Assembly: GCA_964510925.1 (NCBI GenBank)
Contig: CAZEDS010000004.1
Coordinates: 500 to 64,499 of the forward strand
Origin: an uncultured Candidatus Saccharibacteria bacterium
Lineage (GTDB): Bacteria; Patescibacteriota; WWE3; 2-01-FULL-39-13
Reading direction: 5' to 3'
Length of the DNA: 64,000 bases
This document shows positions 8,147-18,591 of the stretch, piece after piece (position 1 is the stretch's first letter; the number at the start of each line of letters is the position of its first letter). A program made the translations under genes and the position numbers. The notes under the pieces were generated by a model. It saw nothing but the letters and a program-made list of their open reading frames with translations. It had not been told where the DNA came from and did no database searches.

Positions 8147-8353
8147 TTATATGACACTTTAGTAAAAAACGGGTCTGACCCATTTTATTATCCGTTAATA
8201 ATTCGATTTTTGTTGGTTTTCCGGACTATTTCGGTTTTGGCTCGTAAAAGTTTTAACTAAAATATTAAATCTCCCTAAGACAAAAATCTTAACAGTTCAT
8301 AAAACGGGTCAGACCCTATCTGAAAAGGGTTATTTCATATATAATAGTCACTT

Positions 8354-10168
8354 ATGGACTTGAGAAATATCGCAATCATCGCACACGTCGACCACGGCAA
8401 AACCACATTAGTAGACGGACTTTTAAAACAATCAAAAACTTTCAGAGAAAATGAAGCATTCATGTCTCAAGAATTGATAATGGATTCCAATGATCAGGAA
8501 CGAGAAAGAGGCATCACAATTTTGGCTAAAAACACAGCAGTAATCTACAAAGACGTTAAAATCAACATTATTGATACCCCGGGTCACTCGGATTTTAGTG
8601 GAGAAGTCGAGCGTACATTAAACATGGCTGATGGTGCATTGTTGCTTGTAGACGCTCAAGAAGGTCCAATGCCACAAACAAAATTTGTGTTGAAAAAGGC
8701 TTTAGAGCTTAAGTTAAAACTCATTGTGATCGTTAATAAGATCGATAAAAAAGATGCTAGAGTCAAAGAAACTTTAGATAAAATTTATAATCTTTTTTTG
8801 GAACTTGCTACCGATGACAGTCAGTTAGAATTTCCAATTTTGTATGCAATCGGTCGAGATGCAAAATCATGGGAAAAAATGCCAAATGATTTTTCAGAAT
8901 CCGCAGATTTAACACCAATTTTTGATGCGATTTTAAAGTATATTCCTTCTCCTGCAGTAGAAGAAAATCAACCTTTCCAAATGTTGGTTTCTTCACTTGA
9001 TTGGGATAATTACAAAGGTAAATATGCAATTGGTAGAATTCGACGTGGTGCTATAAAGTCAGGTGATCAGCTTAAATTGATGAATCTCGAAGGAAAAAAT
9101 GAGCAAGTAACTGTTGATAAGATTTTTGTTAACCAAGGTTTAAAGAGGGTAGAGTCAACTATTGGCGAATCTGGCGATATTATTGCGATTACGGGTATTA
9201 AAAATGCAGAGATCGGTGATACATTGTCGGCTTCAGGTCATGCTGATGACATCTTTTCATCAATCAAGATTGGTGAACCTACTTTGAGCATTTCGATTGG
9301 ACCTAATACTTCTCCTTTAGTTGGAAAAGAAGGCTCTATATTAACTGGTCGACAAATTTTGGATCGTATTCAACAAGAGCTTCATGTAAATGTTGCTATG
9401 CGTTTTAGAATTGACGAAAGTGGACAATACATTTTATCTGGTAGAGGTGAGCTTCATATTTGTGTGTTTTTAGAAACTTTAAGTAGAGAAGGTTACGAGC
9501 TGGAAATTGGAAAGCCAAAAGTCATCACTAAAGTAATCGATGGTCATGAAGTCGAACCAATTGAAGAGTATTTGGTCGATGTTCCTGAAGAGCATGTTGG
9601 TGCAGTTAAAAGCGAATTTTCACAACGTGCAGGAGTTTTGATGATGCAAGAAGAAGCCGGTGTTGGAACTTCTCGATTGATTTTTGAAATTCCTACTAGA
9701 TATGTTTTAGGTTTGCGAAGCTTACTTCTAACTTTGACAAAAGGAACTGCTATCTCAAGTTCAACCTTTTTGCGTTATGACCGTGTAAATCAAACGATCA
9801 AAAAAACTAGAAAAGGTGTTCTTATCGCTACTGAATCAGGAAAAGCCACTATTTATGGCTTACGTAATGCACAAGAGCGTGGTGGTACCTTTATCGAGCC
9901 TCAAACACTAGTTTATGGCGGAATGATCGTCGGTATCAACCCTCGTGAAGGTGACCTCGAAATTAATGTTTGTAAGCCTAAACCAGTTTCAAACGTTCGC
10001 TCAAAAGGTGAAGATACAATCTTTTTAAGTGCTCCAATAAAAATGAGCCTTGAACAATTTTTTGGCTTTTTAGAAGAAGACGAACTTTTGGAAATAACAC
10101 CTCAAAATTTACGTTTGCGCAAAAAAATTCTTGATATGAATTTGCGATACAAGAGCCAACGAAAATAA
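8354..10168 (+). CDS. typA: translational GTPase TypA/BipA
   Basis: N-terminus LRNIAIIAHVDHGKTTLVD with the G-domain motifs DTPGHSDF and NKID. 604 aa. Confidence 0.9.
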   Translation: MDLRNIAIIAHVDHGKTTLVDGLLKQSKTFRENEAFMSQELIMDSNDQERERGITILAKNTAVIYKDVKINIIDTPGHSDFSGEVERTLNMADGALLLVDAQEGPMPQTKFVLKKALELKLKLIVIVNKIDKKDARVKETLDKIYNLFLELATDDSQLEFPILYAIGRDAKSWEKMPNDFSESADLTPIFDAILKYIPSPAVEENQPFQMLVSSLDWDNYKGKYAIGRIRRGAIKSGDQLKLMNLEGKNEQVTVDKIFVNQGLKRVESTIGESGDIIAITGIKNAEIGDTLSASGHADDIFSSIKIGEPTLSISIGPNTSPLVGKEGSILTGRQILDRIQQELHVNVAMRFRIDESGQYILSGRGELHICVFLETLSREGYELEIGKPKVITKVIDGHEVEPIEEYLVDVPEEHVGAVKSEFSQRAGVLMMQEEAGVGTSRLIFEIPTRYVLGLRSLLLTLTKGTAISSSTFLRYDRVNQTIKKTRKGVLIATESGKATIYGLRNAQERGGTFIEPQTLVYGGMIVGINPREGDLEINVCKPKPVSNVRSKGEDTIFLSAPIKMSLEQFFGFLEEDELLEITPQNLRLRKKILDMNLRYKSQRK

Positions 10169-10289
10169 TTTTTGAAGGTCGCACCTTTCAGAAGGTTGCT
10201 ATTTCAACAAAAAATAAATCTGTTTAAATTTGCTCAATTTTAGAACGGTTGTAATATATAGACTTTAAGCTGATTTAAAGGTGCGACCT

Positions 10290-10565
10290 TCAAGTTAGCT
10301 GATTTGGGTTTTGTTTGATGAGTTCTAGTTTTTTTGATCTTGAGAGCTTTTTTATTTCATGTTCTCGCTTGAGCGCTTCACTTTTTGTTTCAAATTCTTC
10401 AACGTATATAAGCGTTACGGGTTGTCTGACACGTGTGTATTTCGCACCATTTTTTTCAGAATTATGATTTTCGATGCGTTTTTTAATATCTACAGTGTAA
10501 CCTGTATATAAGGTTTTATCGGAGCATTCGAGTATATAAACGAAGTTTGTTTTTGATTTTGGCAT
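10290..10565 (-). CDS. GIY-YIG nuclease family protein
   Basis: FVYILECSDKTLYTGYT ... KRIENHN ... REHEIKK is the GIY-YIG / UPF0213 pattern. Start taken at internal Met19 (10565), because the track start at 10619 overlaps the divergent neighbour. Confidence 0.7.
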   Translation of the reverse strand: MPKSKTNFVYILECSDKTLYTGYTVDIKKRIENHNSEKNGAKYTRVRQPVTLIYVEEFETKSEALKREHEIKKLSRSKKLELIKQNPNQLT

Positions 10566-10599
10566 TATAGTTGTTAATGTAAATATTTCCCATAAGATA

Positions 10600-11739
10600 T
10601 TGTATATGGATAAATACACAGAGACAAAAACAACGGGTTATTTTAATAGGATTGGCGATTCAATTAAAGGGTGTGTTTTTGGCTTAATAATAATACCTAT
10701 CGCATTTATTACTTTATATATTAACGAAGGCCGATATGATTTATCAAAACTCGCAAGGCAAACTGTTGAAATTTCCTCGATTGAAATCGCAAATAAAGAT
10801 TTATTACAGGGGGCTCCAGTTTCGGTTACTGGAAATATTTCAACCTCAGAAATGTTGGGGGATAACCTTTATCTTAAGCCAATAAATGTAATCGCTTTGG
10901 GGCGTGTTGTTGAAATGTACTCTTGGGTTGAAGATAGCAAATCAGATTCACATTCAAATACTGGCGGATCTGAAACGACTTCTACAACCTATAATTATTC
11001 AAAAAAATGGATGGTTACACCACAGGATTCTTCTAAATTTAAGCAATTTGAGGAGCATTTTAATCCGGAAAAATCTTTGCAAAACGTCGAATATCAAACA
11101 TCAGCTGCAAAAATTGGAGTTTATAAAGTTAATCCACAGTTTGCAACATTGCCTGAATTTCAAGATCTTTTCCTTACTGATGAAGATTTGATTCGTTCTG
11201 CTGATTATAGTTTGGCTTCTAATAAGTATCTTTTTATAAAAAAGGGTAAAGCTGGTACGATAGAAAATCCTGATATTGGTGATTTGCGCATAAAATACGT
11301 TGCATTTAAGCCGCAATCAAATATTACTGTTATGGGTAGCCTTAATCAGGACGAAGTGAATGCTTATGTTGATAGAGATGGACATAGTTTATATCGAATT
11401 TTTTATGGAAACCGTGAGGATTCTATAAAAGCTATGCACACTGAATATACTTGGTCATTATGGGCACTTAGGTTATTAGGATTTTTACTAATATGGGTTG
11501 GATTTTCGGCTATTTTCGGCCCTTTTAGTGTTATTTTAGATTTTTTCCCAATATTGGGAAGTTTGGGTCGATTTGGGTTAATTTTATTAACCTTTGTCAC
11601 TTCGCTTGTTTTAAGTTTATTAGTTATTTTTTTGTCTATAATTTTGCATAACCCTATTTTGATAATGGTTATTATTGGATTAGTTATGCTTGGATTTGGG
11701 ACAATAATGTATATGAAGAGGCCAAATACTGTCAATTAG
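10600..11739 (+). CDS. membrane protein of unknown function (N-terminal TM, large central domain, C-terminal TM cluster)
   Basis: Hydrophobic segments at both ends with no catalytic motif. Possibly TMEM43/DUF1625-like. Confidence 0.45.
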   Translation: MYMDKYTETKTTGYFNRIGDSIKGCVFGLIIIPIAFITLYINEGRYDLSKLARQTVEISSIEIANKDLLQGAPVSVTGNISTSEMLGDNLYLKPINVIALGRVVEMYSWVEDSKSDSHSNTGGSETTSTTYNYSKKWMVTPQDSSKFKQFEEHFNPEKSLQNVEYQTSAAKIGVYKVNPQFATLPEFQDLFLTDEDLIRSADYSLASNKYLFIKKGKAGTIENPDIGDLRIKYVAFKPQSNITVMGSLNQDEVNAYVDRDGHSLYRIFYGNREDSIKAMHTEYTWSLWALRLLGFLLIWVGFSAIFGPFSVILDFFPILGSLGRFGLILLTFVTSLVLSLLVIFLSIILHNPILIMVIIGLVMLGFGTIMYMKRPNTVN

Positions 11740-11922
11740 GCCATTCTTGCTGCTTATGGTAGAATTGTGGTCATTGTTTTAATGAATCTGGGTTAAATTT
11801 GCATCTTTGAACTGTTTGCTTGATGCCACCACTCAATTTTCATTGAGAACAAGGAAATATCAAGTATAAAAGTTAAAGGTGAAGCCACTCTTTAGTGGTG
11901 CCATCTAAAATAAAGGATTCAT

Positions 11923-13179
11923 ATGTTGAGACAAACAAGGCACTTTGGTGCTTCCAGTAGCCGTAACGGCAGAGGTTTTTCAGGTAGTTCAGGTGGTCGA
12001 AGTTCGGGACGTAGTTCCGGTTTTGGCGGTGGTTTTTCCCGAGGTGGATCTCGAGGCGGAAGAGGCCGATTTAGCCAATATATCGATCCATCAAAATATA
12101 TTAAAAAAGCCGATTTTCAAGAGCAAGCGCCATACATGGCAGTAAATCAGTTCGCTGATTTTGAAATTCATGATTTGATTAAGAGAAATATCCATGAAAA
12201 AGGATATGTAACTCCATTGCCAATTCAAGACCAAACTATTCCTCATGCATTGCAAGGAAAAGATATTGTAGGTATCGCAAATACAGGTACAGGTAAAACT
12301 GCAGCTTTTGTCATTCCTCTTTTACATAAAATGCTTACGGATAAAAACCAAAAAGCTATTATTGTAGCTCCTACAAGAGAACTTGCACAACAAATTGAGC
12401 AAGAAGTCAGAACTTTTGCTAAAGGAAGTGGTTTAAGCGGTGCACTTTTAATTGGTGGTGCTTCAATGCAGCTTCAATATAGAGCATTAAGAAATAACCC
12501 TAATATTATTATTGGAACACCTGGACGTATTAAGGATCATGTTCAACGTAATTCGATAAAACTTGCTACATTTCAAAATATTGTTTTGGATGAAGTCGAT
12601 CGAATGCTTGATATGGGATTCATTGATGATATTACAGAATTATTAAACCAGTTATCTCCAGAACGACAATCATTGTTTTTTACAGCTACTCTAGATGAGA
12701 AGATTCGGGTTCTTGTTCAAAGATTTGCAAAAAATCCTTTGATAATTTCTGTGAAAACAGGCGAGACTAGCAGCAATGTTAACCAAGATGTTATTAGATA
12801 TATGTCTGAAGGTGACAAAATGGAAAAATTGCACGATGCATTGTCACATGTTGATGCTCATAAAATTATTATTTTTGATGAGACACAAAGAAGTGTTGAA
12901 AAATTAAAATTAACACTTGAAGAACGCGGTTTTAAAGTTGATGCTATTCATGGTGGAAAAAGCCAAGGTCAGAGACAACGAGCTTTAGTGCGTTTTAAAA
13001 AGAACGAAGTTAAAGTTTTGGTCGCAACAGATGTTGCTGCTCGTGGTTTAGATATAACTGATATCACTCACGTTATAAATTTTACACAACCACAAAGCTA
13101 TGATGATTACATTCATAGAATTGGTCGTGCTGGAAGAGCTGGCCGTGTTGGGTATGCATTTACGTTTATTAGAGGTTAA
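11923..13179 (+). CDS. DEAD-box ATP-dependent RNA helicase with N-terminal RGG/Gly-rich extension
   Basis: Q motif PLPIQ, motif I ANTGTGKT, Ia PTRELAQQ, TPGR, DEVD, TAT, HRIGRAGRAG. The first ~50 aa are an RGG/SGG repeat. Confidence 0.9.
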   Translation: MLRQTRHFGASSSRNGRGFSGSSGGRSSGRSSGFGGGFSRGGSRGGRGRFSQYIDPSKYIKKADFQEQAPYMAVNQFADFEIHDLIKRNIHEKGYVTPLPIQDQTIPHALQGKDIVGIANTGTGKTAAFVIPLLHKMLTDKNQKAIIVAPTRELAQQIEQEVRTFAKGSGLSGALLIGGASMQLQYRALRNNPNIIIGTPGRIKDHVQRNSIKLATFQNIVLDEVDRMLDMGFIDDITELLNQLSPERQSLFFTATLDEKIRVLVQRFAKNPLIISVKTGETSSNVNQDVIRYMSEGDKMEKLHDALSHVDAHKIIIFDETQRSVEKLKLTLEERGFKVDAIHGGKSQGQRQRALVRFKKNEVKVLVATDVAARGLDITDITHVINFTQPQSYDDYIHRIGRAGRAGRVGYAFTFIRG

Positions 13180-13196
13180 TAAACTTTAAATTTGAA

Positions 13197-13229
13197 GGTC
13201 GCACCCAAAAGGGTGCGACCTTTTTTTTT
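13197..13229. terminator. bidirectional rho-independent terminator (GGTCGCACCC-AAAA-GGGTGCGACC plus T9)
   Basis: Perfect 10-bp stem with a T-run on the plus strand and an A-rich flank on the other. Sits between convergent genes. Confidence 0.7.
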
Positions 13230-13231
13230 GC

Positions 13232-14485
13232 TCAATTAAAAAGATTGTAAAAGAATTTTTGTATTTTAAAAAATATTCCTTCGTATTCTTTTTCGAGAAT
13301 AAAATTAAGGTTAGTTGTATTGTTTATATTGAGTTTTTCAATTGTGGCGATATGATCAGAAGCGGCAATGTTTAAGCTGAAGCTTTTTTGGTTAGAATCT
13401 TCAAGCGATGGTAGTTTAATAAGAAAATGTCCATCGACATCACTTTTATAAATATTTTCATTATAAGTAAGTTCTGCATAGCTTATTGGTTGGTTAATTT
13501 TATTTACGATCGCGCCACTGATTATTAGTGGTGAATAATAGCTATTTATAGCTTTTATTGCTAATCGAGGTTTTCCGTTTGGTTCCCAAATTTGTGTCGA
13601 ACCGCCAGTGCCAGTCCAATAATTTAGACCAATCACACCATCAATTTGGGAGATTTGTCTTAAGGTCTCTTGTATCCAATCGTGCTGCTGTTGTTCGTTC
13701 ATTTCTCCGTTAATGTCGATAATGGGGGCGCCAAATTCACCTAATACAATTTTTCCACCTGAAAGATTTATGTATTCTTTAATATCTTTAGCTAGTTGTT
13801 CTCCATTTTTTACGTAGTGATCTATTGTGACAATGCCTCCAAGTTCTTGTGTGGTGTTCTTGTCCATTATTAATTTGGCAACATCACCATTCATTGAGAA
13901 ATAGCTTGTTTCAATTCCTTGTTTTCCGAGGCTTAAAAATGTTTTGACTGCTATTTTTTTTGATTCTAATAAAAATTTTCGATGACCTTCAATATCATTT
14001 GTTTGTCTTGGATCTCCCGGTCCACCATTTTCGCATTCTGGACATGAAATAAAGATATCTCCATCTTTAAACAAGTTGTTATTTTCTTTTATAAACTTTT
14101 CGGTTAGTTTTAAATGTTCTTCTCTTGAAATAGGTGGGTAATCAAACCAACCTTCCCATCCACTAAAGTTTCCACGAAACCAAATTTTAAGATTATATTT
14201 TCTTGCAGTATCTACCCATCTTTTCAAAAATGGAAGAAATTCATTATCATAAGGTGTGCCGATCGCTACATGGGTTGCTCCAGTTTGGGCGATGTCCCTG
14301 ATTTGCATTTCAATAATTGCATCAAAATTTGGATCGGCAAGTTTTTCACGAGCTTTGTCACGTGAATATTTCATGGTATCAATTGACTGTATTTTCCACC
14401 AAGTTGGTTTAGTTTTTTCTTGTGCATGTGCTGTGTTTACAGACAACGAAAGAAATAAAAGTATTAATAAGATAAATTTTTTCAT
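13232..14485 (-). CDS. secreted TIM-barrel glycoside hydrolase-like protein with C-terminal beta-sandwich domain
   Basis: Signal peptide MKKFILLILLFLSLSVNTAHA. Body resembles glycoside hydrolases (WFRGNFSGWEGWF etc.). The C-terminus is CarboxypepD_reg-like (DVDGHFLIKLP). Family not assigned. Confidence 0.45.
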   Translation of the reverse strand: MKKFILLILLFLSLSVNTAHAQEKTKPTWWKIQSIDTMKYSRDKAREKLADPNFDAIIEMQIRDIAQTGATHVAIGTPYDNEFLPFLKRWVDTARKYNLKIWFRGNFSGWEGWFDYPPISREEHLKLTEKFIKENNNLFKDGDIFISCPECENGGPGDPRQTNDIEGHRKFLLESKKIAVKTFLSLGKQGIETSYFSMNGDVAKLIMDKNTTQELGGIVTIDHYVKNGEQLAKDIKEYINLSGGKIVLGEFGAPIIDINGEMNEQQQHDWIQETLRQISQIDGVIGLNYWTGTGGSTQIWEPNGKPRLAIKAINSYYSPLIISGAIVNKINQPISYAELTYNENIYKSDVDGHFLIKLPSLEDSNQKSFSLNIAASDHIATIEKLNINNTTNLNFILEKEYEGIFFKIQKFFYNLFN

Positions 14486-14559
14486 AGTTCAAAAACAGTA
14501 TACTTTATTCTTTAGTAACTTAAGACCATTTATATTTGAGAGCTGATCATCTTTTATTG

Positions 14560-16257
14560 TTATTTATTATTTAATAACGTTGGTTTTGTATTGAGCTCTT
14601 TTTGATATTCTGGCTTTAATTCGTAAATATCTGCAAACGGAAAATGATTTACAAGTTGATACTTATCCATTGATGGATTATCTTTGATTGCTTTCCACGT
14701 TAAATCATTGTCATCATATGTTCTTGCAATGATCCATTTAGCCCAAAGCTCAGGATTTTGCGTTGCAACATCCCAATATCCTCCGGTACCTTCATGTATA
14801 AATCTTTTCATTGGTAATCCTGATGAAAAGATAATTGCATCATGCGAAGCGGCTGAAATTAAAATAAAACCATCTTGGTCTTTTGCATTTTTATAAAGCC
14901 AACCACTAACTTCCGAAACATTTTTCTGGCTTGATCCAACCGTTGCATCATCTATTGTTACGGCATCATAGCCATTAAATGCAAAAAATGTAATGAATAT
15001 CATTAATCCGAAAAGCATTATTCGTAGATTCTTTATTTTATAGGTAAGGTATCCGATAAATATTGCAATTGAAGGCATTAACATAATCCCATATCGAACA
15101 TTAAACCAAGTGTCTCCAGACAATCCTTGGATAAACAGAACTGAGTGGCCTAAATATAAGGCAAGAATATTAAAGGCTAGTGGTGCGATTAATGCGGTTG
15201 AGCAAATCCTTACTGTTTTTGAAATTGTCTTATCGGTCCATAAACTAAGTGCTCCGAGTGCACCTAAAATTACAAAAATTGCGTTTGAATTATAGACAAG
15301 TGCGTAATAGTAAAATTTAATTGATAACCATAAATTATATTTTGTTTGAAGAACTCCTGCGGTTTCGAGTTGGTCTTGTTGTGCTTTTGCAGAAAATGGT
15401 CCTAATATAAAGTAAAGAGGATCTTTAAAAATAATAAGATTCCATGCAAACCAGAGCATAATACCAAATGCAGATAATGTTAAAAATAAAATCATAAAAC
15501 CTTCTGTTACTTTGTATGCTGATTTTAATTCTATAAGTAAATTTTTAAATTTTATTTTTTTATTTTCTATAAAGTTTGAAATATGTACGTTTTCAGCAAA
15601 TGTAATTAAAGCGAGTATTCCTGAACACCAAATTAATAAGAACCATCCATCATATCTGACTAATGTAGAAAGCATTATCCAAAAAGCGCTTTTTATTAAG
15701 CTTAAAACATTCTTTTTTTCACCCCAAGTTAAGAGCTCGTACGATGCAATGGTCATTGTCGCTAACAACAACAATTCTGTCATTGCAGTAGATTGCAAAT
15801 ATAAAATATTTAAATTTGTTGCAAATACAAAAATTGCAATAATTCTTGAGAATAGATCAACTCCAAGATGCTCTAAAAATTTATAAATTATTAAGCCAGT
15901 GATTATGTATGAAAGCATTGAAAACATTGCTCCAGAGAGTCCAGAGTGCCACATGTAATCGTTCCAAATAGTAAGTGTCATTAAGAAATGTGGCAAAGGC
16001 AACCACACTGAACCCAATTGGGCGAGACCTGGCTTGAGCCCTTCTACAACACGTCTTCCGATGTCTAGGTGAGATCTTGCATCGTTGTATGCTAATCCTA
16101 GCTTGTTATCAAGATAATGATCAAAAGCATAAATTGAAATCGCAGATAATATTGTAATGATTATTATCTTATGATTGTTATATAGAATCTTTGAGAATTT
16201 GCCTTTCCAAATTTTAGGGATTGTTATCTGGAGTTGTAAATTTTTAAAGCTGTACAT
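14560..16257 (-). CDS. polytopic membrane glycosyltransferase-like protein (GT-C, ArnT/PMT-like)
   Basis: More than 10 predicted TM segments, periplasmic loops, and location inside the glycan cluster. Overlaps the upstream paralogous-type gene by 14 nt. Confidence 0.5.
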   Translation of the reverse strand: MYSFKNLQLQITIPKIWKGKFSKILYNNHKIIIITILSAISIYAFDHYLDNKLGLAYNDARSHLDIGRRVVEGLKPGLAQLGSVWLPLPHFLMTLTIWNDYMWHSGLSGAMFSMLSYIITGLIIYKFLEHLGVDLFSRIIAIFVFATNLNILYLQSTAMTELLLLATMTIASYELLTWGEKKNVLSLIKSAFWIMLSTLVRYDGWFLLIWCSGILALITFAENVHISNFIENKKIKFKNLLIELKSAYKVTEGFMILFLTLSAFGIMLWFAWNLIIFKDPLYFILGPFSAKAQQDQLETAGVLQTKYNLWLSIKFYYYALVYNSNAIFVILGALGALSLWTDKTISKTVRICSTALIAPLAFNILALYLGHSVLFIQGLSGDTWFNVRYGIMLMPSIAIFIGYLTYKIKNLRIMLFGLMIFITFFAFNGYDAVTIDDATVGSSQKNVSEVSGWLYKNAKDQDGFILISAASHDAIIFSSGLPMKRFIHEGTGGYWDVATQNPELWAKWIIARTYDDNDLTWKAIKDNPSMDKYQLVNHFPFADIYELKPEYQKELNTKPTLLNNK

Positions 16258-17830
16258 GTTTTGCTCCTTTTTTGAAAATATTTAGTGTGAGTAACAATAT
16301 AAAAAGACTTAGAATTGTTCCATATATCAATTTGAAATAATTCCATACATTAAGTTTGTTTATAAAATAAGTGTTATAGACAAATGATTTTGTTTTATTA
16401 TCAACAATTTGATCTAAATTTCTTTCGTACGTATATTTTTCTTGTTTTTTAGATAGTTGCTCAATTTGTAATACTTCAACTTGAGGTGGGTTTGCGTTTG
16501 ATGTGATTCCACCAATGGTATTTATAAATGCAGAATATGAAAATAGAGCTATAAACAAAATAATAAAAATAATATTTTTTCTATATTTTTCAACCGCATA
16601 AGCCATTCCAATAGTCATTACTGCATAAGTTGGAATTAAATATCTTGCACCAAATGCCCAGCCTCCCCATGGATCGCCCCACATTGTATAAAGTGTTAAA
16701 TTAAAAGCAATGACAGCGATTAACACTACAGACCATGTTTTTTCTTTTTTATAAAATTCTATGAAACCTAAAATCATTACCAATATTATTGGTGAATAAT
16801 ACAAAGCTCCACGATCTGGACTGAAAAGAAGTATGTATAGACCTTGTTGCATATTTCTTGTCCGGAAAAAATTTACAGCACTTCTTTCTTGCTTTGTAGT
16901 TTCTTCAACTGAACTGCCACCTTTACTTATTTGTTTTCCGACAACAATTGCAGGTTGTCCGTTTTCATCGATTTCTTTTACTTGCGTTACGGTACCAGCT
17001 AATTTTGTTGGACTTCCGTATGATAATTGATTAAAAGATGCTAAAAAGAAGAGCGGTGGAATGATATACGCTAATGTTAAAATTTTCACAAAATTTACTG
17101 AAACTTGTATTTTATCTGTTTCATTTTTTATCTTAACGATTTTTATTAATCCATATAAACCAATAGGGAACATTAAGAAAAAATTTGGAAAGTCTATTAA
17201 TATACTTAATCCGCATAAAAACCAAACGGTTGATAATCCTAAAAATGGGCTTAATCTTTTAAGCGCATAAATTGCGGCTAATACGCAAAAAGTTGATAAG
17301 TGGTGTTGATATAGACTGACTCCATATGAAAATGCATTAGTCGCAAATATAAATGTTATTGCGCAAAGATTTGCAACAATATAATCGAATCCAAAGCTTA
17401 AAATAATTTTTCGAATCAACCAAAAATTTATTATCGCAAAGATTGTGATAACGGCAAAAGCACCAATTTGCGCTATTCCAAAATATTTACCGATAATATA
17501 GCCAGGTGTGATTAAAAATGATAATCCAGGTGCGAATAGTGATACATAGTATCCGTTGTAATAACCTAAATCTGGAGAGGCAAATTTTGCGATAGGTACT
17601 GAAAAATGAACGCTTTTATTTTCTGCAATGGAATACATTAGTGCGAATCTACCTCTGTCTGGAGATAATTCTAAAGGTCCATTTATTACCCATTTTTCAG
17701 AATTAAGTTCGTCGACTGTTGGATTTCCAGCATTACCTCGAATATTTATTATTAATAGAAGTGCAACTGTTATTAAAATAAAAAAGCTGACTAATTGTTT
17801 AAATATTTTTGCTACCTTGGATTTGGTCAT
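16244..17830 (-). CDS. polytopic membrane glycosyltransferase-like protein (GT-C, ArnT/PMT-like)
   Basis: Multi-TM architecture similar to the previous gene. Overlaps the SDR gene by 4 nt. Confidence 0.5.
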   Translation of the reverse strand: MTKSKVAKIFKQLVSFFILITVALLLIINIRGNAGNPTVDELNSEKWVINGPLELSPDRGRFALMYSIAENKSVHFSVPIAKFASPDLGYYNGYYVSLFAPGLSFLITPGYIIGKYFGIAQIGAFAVITIFAIINFWLIRKIILSFGFDYIVANLCAITFIFATNAFSYGVSLYQHHLSTFCVLAAIYALKRLSPFLGLSTVWFLCGLSILIDFPNFFLMFPIGLYGLIKIVKIKNETDKIQVSVNFVKILTLAYIIPPLFFLASFNQLSYGSPTKLAGTVTQVKEIDENGQPAIVVGKQISKGGSSVEETTKQERSAVNFFRTRNMQQGLYILLFSPDRGALYYSPIILVMILGFIEFYKKEKTWSVVLIAVIAFNLTLYTMWGDPWGGWAFGARYLIPTYAVMTIGMAYAVEKYRKNIIFIILFIALFSYSAFINTIGGITSNANPPQVEVLQIEQLSKKQEKYTYERNLDQIVDNKTKSFVYNTYFINKLNVWNYFKLIYGTILSLFILLLTLNIFKKGAKHVQL

Positions 17831-18591
17831 ATTGTTTGTTCCTTCGATTTAAAAACTAATCCTTCAAAATCGAGGTCGTCAAATTTAATAATCATTCCTA
17901 TTACTTGTGCAACTCTATCAGGACTCATGAAATCTCCTGCATTAGTGGATACAAATGTGTTAACAGTTCCAGGCATTAGACAAATTGATCGTACGCCAGT
18001 ACCTTTTAATTCTTTGTTTAATGCAAAACTGAATCCTTCGATTGCGTATTTTGAGGTCGCATATAAAACTTTATTTGCACCAACATTTGTGTTGTGACTA
18101 ATTTTTGATCCAATATTTATTATTGTTCCAGATTTATTTTTTTTGAAGTGTGGAATCAAATTTGCACTCAAATTTATTGCGCCTTTTATATTTGTATCGA
18201 TTATTTTATTTATATCTTCGTTTGTAGATTCTTCGAGTGGCTTTTCTATGTTTACTCCAGCGTTATTTATCAATACATCTATATTTATATTTTGATTAAG
18301 TATCGAATTGATTGTCTGTTTAGTTTTTTCGAAATTAGAAATATCTAATTCATAAAGTTTTACAGCACTAAATTTTTCTGATGGAAAAATATTTTTTAGC
18401 TCGTCAATTTTTCGGCCTAATAAAATTAAATTGCAGCCTTGTTCTTGTAAATATTCTGCAGTTGCTTTGCCAATTCCTTTGCTTGCACCTGTGATAATTA
18501 CAGTTTTACCTTTTAGTTCTGCTAAAGGTAACGCATTTGTGATTTTGTCACGTAATATTAAATTGATTGTTTTTTTAATATTATTTAACAT
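17827..18591 (-). CDS. short-chain dehydrogenase/reductase (SDR)
   Basis: TGASKGIG cofactor motif and a YATSKYAIEGF (YxxxK) active site. Confidence 0.8.
   Translation of the reverse strand: MLNNIKKTINLILRDKITNALPLAELKGKTVIITGASKGIGKATAEYLQEQGCNLILLGRKIDELKNIFPSEKFSAVKLYELDISNFEKTKQTINSILNQNINIDVLINNAGVNIEKPLEESTNEDINKIIDTNIKGAINLSANLIPHFKKNKSGTIINIGSKISHNTNVGANKVLYATSKYAIEGFSFALNKELKGTGVRSICLMPGTVNTFVSTNAGDFMSPDRVAQVIGMIIKFDDLDFEGLVFKSKEQTI

Noticed and set aside
10566-10619. N-terminal 18 codons of the GIY-YIG ORF
   Set aside because: They would make divergent genes overlap at their 5' ends. The GIY-YIG fold starts right after internal Met19.
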